From IMG/VR virus record IMGVR_UViG_3300042359_000621: a stretch of 64,000 bases of DNA. One strand, written 5' to 3'. Source of the stretch: a virus. Numbering within the stretch: the first letter of the stretch is position 1; every line of letters begins with the position of its first letter. The notes below the pieces were generated by a model, which did no database searches, was not told the DNA's origin, and saw nothing but the letters and a program-made list of their open reading frames with translations. The translations under genes were made by a program, and so were the position numbers. Below are positions 60,319 to 64,000 of this stretch, piece after piece.

Positions 60319-60897
60319 ATGACCGCAGCAACCAAGAAGATAATTGAAAGAGTCTTAAAAATTGGTGAGTGGGTAGAGATTGACCCTCACAAACACCGCT
60401 CAAACTATTTAATTAAGGGAACAGCTTGGCGGGTTGAGGGATTTAATTCAATAAAACAAACCTGTCAAATAACTAACGAAAAAACAGGGAATTTACATAG
60501 ATCGGAAACCCTAGATTTTGAGGAAGTTTCCGATTCAAGTCCATTCAAAAAAACTGATATTGTCCAACTTAAAAGCGACCATCGATATGTTGGGCGGGTT
60601 GTTAATTGTCGAAGAAATAAAATAACAATTGAATGGGCATGGGGTGGAGTCCGAGAATCCCTAGACTCGGACAAAATAAAGTTATTTGTTCGGATGGTCA
60701 TGGGGGAACAAATATTGTTGGGTGATTATGCTTTTAAAGAAGGCGATCGCGTTCACACCAGTGATAAGAATTTTGGCAATGTGATTCTAACTGTTCGGGA
60801 GTGTTTACCTTCTGGGATGGTGGTTTTAAGTTCATCAAATGATCCTAACTTATTACTCCCCGGCTGTGGCTTAACGATTGTTGAGGAGGATTTCTAA
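60319..60897 (+). CDS. hypothetical protein
   Basis: 1-nt overlap with the next gene. Confidence 0.45.
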   Translation: MTAATKKIIERVLKIGEWVEIDPHKHRSNYLIKGTAWRVEGFNSIKQTCQITNEKTGNLHRSETLDFEEVSDSSPFKKTDIVQLKSDHRYVGRVVNCRRNKITIEWAWGGVRESLDSDKIKLFVRMVMGEQILLGDYAFKEGDRVHTSDKNFGNVILTVRECLPSGMVVLSSSNDPNLLLPGCGLTIVEEDF

Positions 60898-61928
60898 TGT
60901 TAACATTTGCAACATTATTTACAGGCGGTGGCGGTGCAGATTTAGGCCTAGAGTCAGCAGGATTTAAGTCTATCTGGGGAGTTGAGCGAGATCCTAAAAT
61001 TGCTAAAGTTGCCCAAGTAAATCTCCCTAATACTAAAATATTTAATTCTTGCGTCGGTGAAATTCGCACTCATCTCATGGAACGGGTTGATTTGCTTTGG
61101 ATGAGTCCCCCATGTCAGCAATATTCAATGGCGCGGCGTGGTGATATTCCCGATCACAAAGACAAAGATGCGGGGTTGTATTGTCGGGACTATATAGCTA
61201 CATTAAACCCTCGATGGGTGGTTCTTGAGAATGTACCAGGATATGCTAAGTCGCCGACATTTGAGGCGATATTGCGATCGCTGATTGATTGCGGATATCG
61301 CTACCATTGGTTAATTCTTGACGCGGCGGATTATGGGGTTCCGCAGAACCGGAAACGATTAATCATGTGGGCAGTCAAAAACTCAGAACCCCTCCCATAT
61401 TTTCCCGAATCAAAGCCTAGAAAGGGATGGTATCAAGCTATTAGTGATTTAATCCCTGAGATGAGTGATTGTGAGCTTGCAGACTGGCAGATTAAGCGAC
61501 TGAATGAATTGGGTTATTTGCCAGAAAAAGCCTTGATTGATATTAGTAAGAATCGACATAAACCAGCTACGGCCAGAGATGGGAACGATCCGAGTTTTAC
61601 CCTATTAACCGATCATAGTGGCTACCATTCACCCGTTTTATTAGTCCCCCGTGCAGGCGCTTGTATCAAAAATATCCTCCCAACCCCCTCGGACAAACCC
61701 TGCCCAACAATTCGAGCTATGAAGGATGTTTCGACCCATTGGGCGGACATTGTAGAGGGAAGTCAAATTAAACGAATTAGTCAAAAAGCGACGGCACGGC
61801 TTCAGACTTTCCCCGACTCCTGTCAATTCCCAGAATCCAAATCTTTAAGCCAACAAATAATAGGAAACGCCGTGCCTCCGTTATTGGCTAAAGAATTAGG
61901 TTTAGCAATCTTAAAATCAATTAACTAA
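60897..61928 (+). CDS. dcm: canonical DNA cytosine-C5 methyltransferase
   Basis: Motif I is FTGGGGADLG, motif IV is SPPCQQYS, motif VI is LENVPGY, motif VIII is PQNRKRLIM, and motif X is IGNAVPPLL. Confidence 0.9.
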   Translation: MLTFATLFTGGGGADLGLESAGFKSIWGVERDPKIAKVAQVNLPNTKIFNSCVGEIRTHLMERVDLLWMSPPCQQYSMARRGDIPDHKDKDAGLYCRDYIATLNPRWVVLENVPGYAKSPTFEAILRSLIDCGYRYHWLILDAADYGVPQNRKRLIMWAVKNSEPLPYFPESKPRKGWYQAISDLIPEMSDCELADWQIKRLNELGYLPEKALIDISKNRHKPATARDGNDPSFTLLTDHSGYHSPVLLVPRAGACIKNILPTPSDKPCPTIRAMKDVSTHWADIVEGSQIKRISQKATARLQTFPDSCQFPESKSLSQQIIGNAVPPLLAKELGLAILKSIN

Positions 61929-61930
61929 CC

Positions 61931-62374
61931 ATGAAAACATTAACTAAAGCCAAAACCAAACCCGCTAAAAAAGGATTTCAACCCGCCCAAAAAATTCATG
62001 CCAACGACCTCCACACATTCTCTTGTGAGTGTCTCTGGTATGATGCTGCCACCGACGAGGAACTCCTGACCGAATTGTGGACGATCAAACTCGACAAACG
62101 GCGATTCAGAACAGATGTCCGGCAGGCAATTGTTACGGGGTTGATCTATTGTTTCTTGGAAACCCCCGAAGCAGCAGAGCGACATATTAACCGAGTATTT
62201 TTTTGGAATAATAAATCCCGTGCCTATGAGCCATTAGGGGCAGTGTCTGACGCGCCGATGGACGGATCTAGTCCGGTTGATTTTGAAGCCGATCCGGTGG
62301 TGGCTTATGAGCGATTAAAAGCCCTTTGTGTCGAGATCGAAGTTATCAAGGTTGACGATTGCTTTTGCTCTTGA
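61931..62374 (+). CDS. hypothetical protein
   Basis: Gene train. Confidence 0.45.
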   Translation: MKTLTKAKTKPAKKGFQPAQKIHANDLHTFSCECLWYDAATDEELLTELWTIKLDKRRFRTDVRQAIVTGLIYCFLETPEAAERHINRVFFWNNKSRAYEPLGAVSDAPMDGSSPVDFEADPVVAYERLKALCVEIEVIKVDDCFCS

Positions 62375-62433
62375 CCTTTTAAAAATACACAAATAAACTT
62401 GTTTTTTTTGCGTTATTTGTGTATAATGAAAAC

Positions 62434-62685
62434 AGTCAAGAATCAAGGTTTACCAATGTAGTTTGTTGGTAAATAGTTAACCAGTCTAAGCTCTTTACTG
62501 AGCTACGTTATTGGGAAGTGTTTAAGTTCATACCTTGGGATGCGTTGCCAGTTCCAAGCTCTATAACTAAGTGATTAAACAGATGTACAGCAATTAAGTC
62601 AGTGTCACTTAGATAGTACCGCCCAATAACATTGACGAGGCACACATTACCCGATTTATCGGAGGCTCGAAAGAGTTATTTTTAA
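62434..62685 (+). ncRNA. structured leader, candidate omega-RNA remnant of an IscB-type element
   Basis: This is a 250-nt noncoding region directly 5' of an IscB-like N-terminal ORF. It has several hairpins: ttaccaa/ttggtaa, ctaagtga/tcacttag and ccgat/atcgg. It also has a long-range pair, gttattggg (about 62508) with cccaataac (about 62622). TATAAT lies at 62422-62427. Confidence 0.4.
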
Positions 62686-62910
62686 ATGTCTAAAGTCTTT
62701 GTGATGGATACCGAAAAGCGTCCATTAAATCCAATCTCACCCGCAAAAGCTAGGATTCTTTTAACTCAAAAGAAAGCCGCAGTTTTTCGGCATCAACCTT
62801 TTACAATCATCCTAAAATATGCTGTCAAATCTTCAACTGAAGACTTGAGGCTAAAGATAGATCCTGGTTCTAAATTTACTGGCATTGCCTTGGTAAACGA
62901 CGACAGTTAA
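62686..62910 (+). pseudogene. truncated IscB-like (RRXRR-domain / RuvC-I) gene fragment
   Basis: MSKVFVMDTEKRPLNPISPAKARILLTQKKAAVFRHQPFTIILK...LKIDPGSKFTGIALV matches the IscB/RRXRR N-terminus through RuvC-I. It then hits a stop at 74 aa, and no HNH or RuvC-II/III follows. Confidence 0.55.
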
Positions 62911-63104
62911 CAATTGTCTTGCTTCTTGACTAATTTGATACTCAAGATGGGATGATCACCCATTATTGTTGATCCAATATCTGACCAATTCCGAGAGGGA
63001 TAGATTTCTTGAGGATGCGATCGCCTCTAGCCTTTCCCTCTCGATTTCCGAAAGCCTTATCCCTATTCGGGTTGAGCAATTTAAAAGTTTTTTCTTTTTA
63101 GGGG

Positions 63105-63133
63105 TTGACATATTTCTATTTTGTTAGTACAGT
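63105..63133 (+). promoter_or_regulatory. sigma70-like promoter
   Basis: TTGACA (63105-63110), a 17-nt spacer, then TACAGT (63128-63133). Confidence 0.35.
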
Positions 63134-63296
63134 TTTAAATGTACAAGATTTTGTATGGCTAGGCTACTGAAGCGAAAATCACCCAAAGAAGTAGCACACA
63201 CAAAGATCGAACTTTGAAAGCGGGGGTGGGCTGGCAGCCGGAAAGACGGCACTTACAAACAGAACAGGGACGCCGCCGTCAAATCGGGCGTAAAAG

Positions 63297-63905
63297 ATGA
63301 AAAACTCCACAACCACTGTCGCTCAACTTTCTAAAAGAATCGCTCAACTAAATAGCTTGATTAGCAAGTTCCCCCGCGTCCGAAGCCTGATTCGGAAGTG
63401 GGCTTTTGAATTGACTATTCTTGAGGGGCGGTTAGAAGCCCTGAAAGCGGTGGCGGTTGTGGAGACACCGAGGCAATTAACAATTTGGGATATGCCACAA
63501 AAAATTGACTGGTTTTTTCCTCCCCTTGTGGGGTCGGAAAAGCAAATTCAGTGGGCGGATAAACTCCGCCGTGATTTTGCTGAATATTATTCTTCTCTGG
63601 GTGGCGAACCTGGAGGTGGCGAAATCAAAATCAAGAAAGCGGTAGGCATTGCAGTTTCAGCCAAGTTCTGGATCGAAAACCGCGATTTTTGCGAAAAAAT
63701 ATCTTGGGAAAATATGACCAAGGTTTTGAGGGAATTGGCTGCCTTGGTTAACGAATGCCAACCTTGGTATAGCGATTCCGATCAGTCGGAATTTAAACAA
63801 ATTCTGAAAGATAAAAAATCAATCCTCAGATTATTGAGGATTGACAAAGCAGGGATCGTCGCCTGTTGCAATCAACAGAGTCAAAACAGACGCTTCAATG
63901 GATAA
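63297..63905 (+). CDS. hypothetical protein
   Basis: Clean 202-aa ORF after a 160-nt GC-richer leader. No motif recognised. Confidence 0.5.
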   Translation: MKNSTTTVAQLSKRIAQLNSLISKFPRVRSLIRKWAFELTILEGRLEALKAVAVVETPRQLTIWDMPQKIDWFFPPLVGSEKQIQWADKLRRDFAEYYSSLGGEPGGGEIKIKKAVGIAVSAKFWIENRDFCEKISWENMTKVLRELAALVNECQPWYSDSDQSEFKQILKDKKSILRLLRIDKAGIVACCNQQSQNRRFNG

Positions 63906-64000
63906 TTTATGGGCTGGGTGCGATGCCTTAAATCCGCGCAAAAGTTAACGATATAAAGGTAGGAAAAATGAATAAAAAATTGGTTGATTTGATTAAAATT

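Noticed and set aside
63134-63296. The GC-richer 160-nt leader before ORF 63297, considered as a possible ncRNA, retron or riboswitch.
   Set aside because: It has some local pairing (ggctggcagcc, gacggc/gccgtc) but no recognisable family signature. Evidence is insufficient to call anything beyond a 5'UTR.
1-64000. tRNA, rRNA or tmRNA genes; integrase and attachment site; terminase and portal; cas1, cas2, cas4 and cas6.
   Set aside because: I scanned the intergenic regions and ORF translations and saw no T-loop/acceptor patterns and no diagnostic motifs. Absence by eye is not proof. tRNAscan and HMM searches should confirm it.

Overview
This 64-kb window reads as a tailed-phage or prophage genome from a cyanobacterium. 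The host call rests on about 28 exact GCGATCGC (HIP1) octamers that I counted by eye. Bases 1-16.6 kb (+ strand) hold late and structural genes that end in a 1682-aa tape-measure protein. That block is interrupted by a cassette of five paralogous modular proteins. They share an N-domain and/or a C-x8-C-x3-C-x7-C motif, fused to ADP-ribosyltransferase, GNAT, HExxH or unknown C-terminal domains. Bases 16.8-35 kb form an accessory island with Bro-N, KilA-N, DinD and Ant-like genes. The island also holds a compact TnpB-like type V (Cas12-like) gene of 557 aa with an intact RuvC triad. A 16-repeat CRISPR array follows that gene after 19 nt. The island further contains an overlapping operon of a ParB-like/Zn-ribbon protein, a C5-methyltransferase variant, an AsnB-like amidotransferase and a CmoA-like carboxy-SAM synthase. 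I interpret this operon as a candidate DNA-cytosine hypermodification pathway. A ParB-fused N6/N4 methyltransferase follows it. Bases 35-39 kb hold putative host-interaction genes: a GH-A-like hydrolase and two AT-rich large ORFs. Bases 40-56 kb (- strand) hold early genes. These include a RuvC resolvase, a membrane-anchored FtsK-like ATPase fused to GIY-YIG, a rhomboid protease inside a block of small membrane proteins, an ASCH protein and an XRE regulator. Bases 56-64 kb (+ strand) hold a replication module (an initiator with internal iterons, and DnaB), a canonical C5-methyltransferase, and a decayed IscB-like fragment behind a structured omega-RNA-like leader. I recognised no rRNA, tRNA, integrase, terminase, portal or cas1/cas2/cas4. 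All family assignments come from motif recognition by eye; no searches were run.
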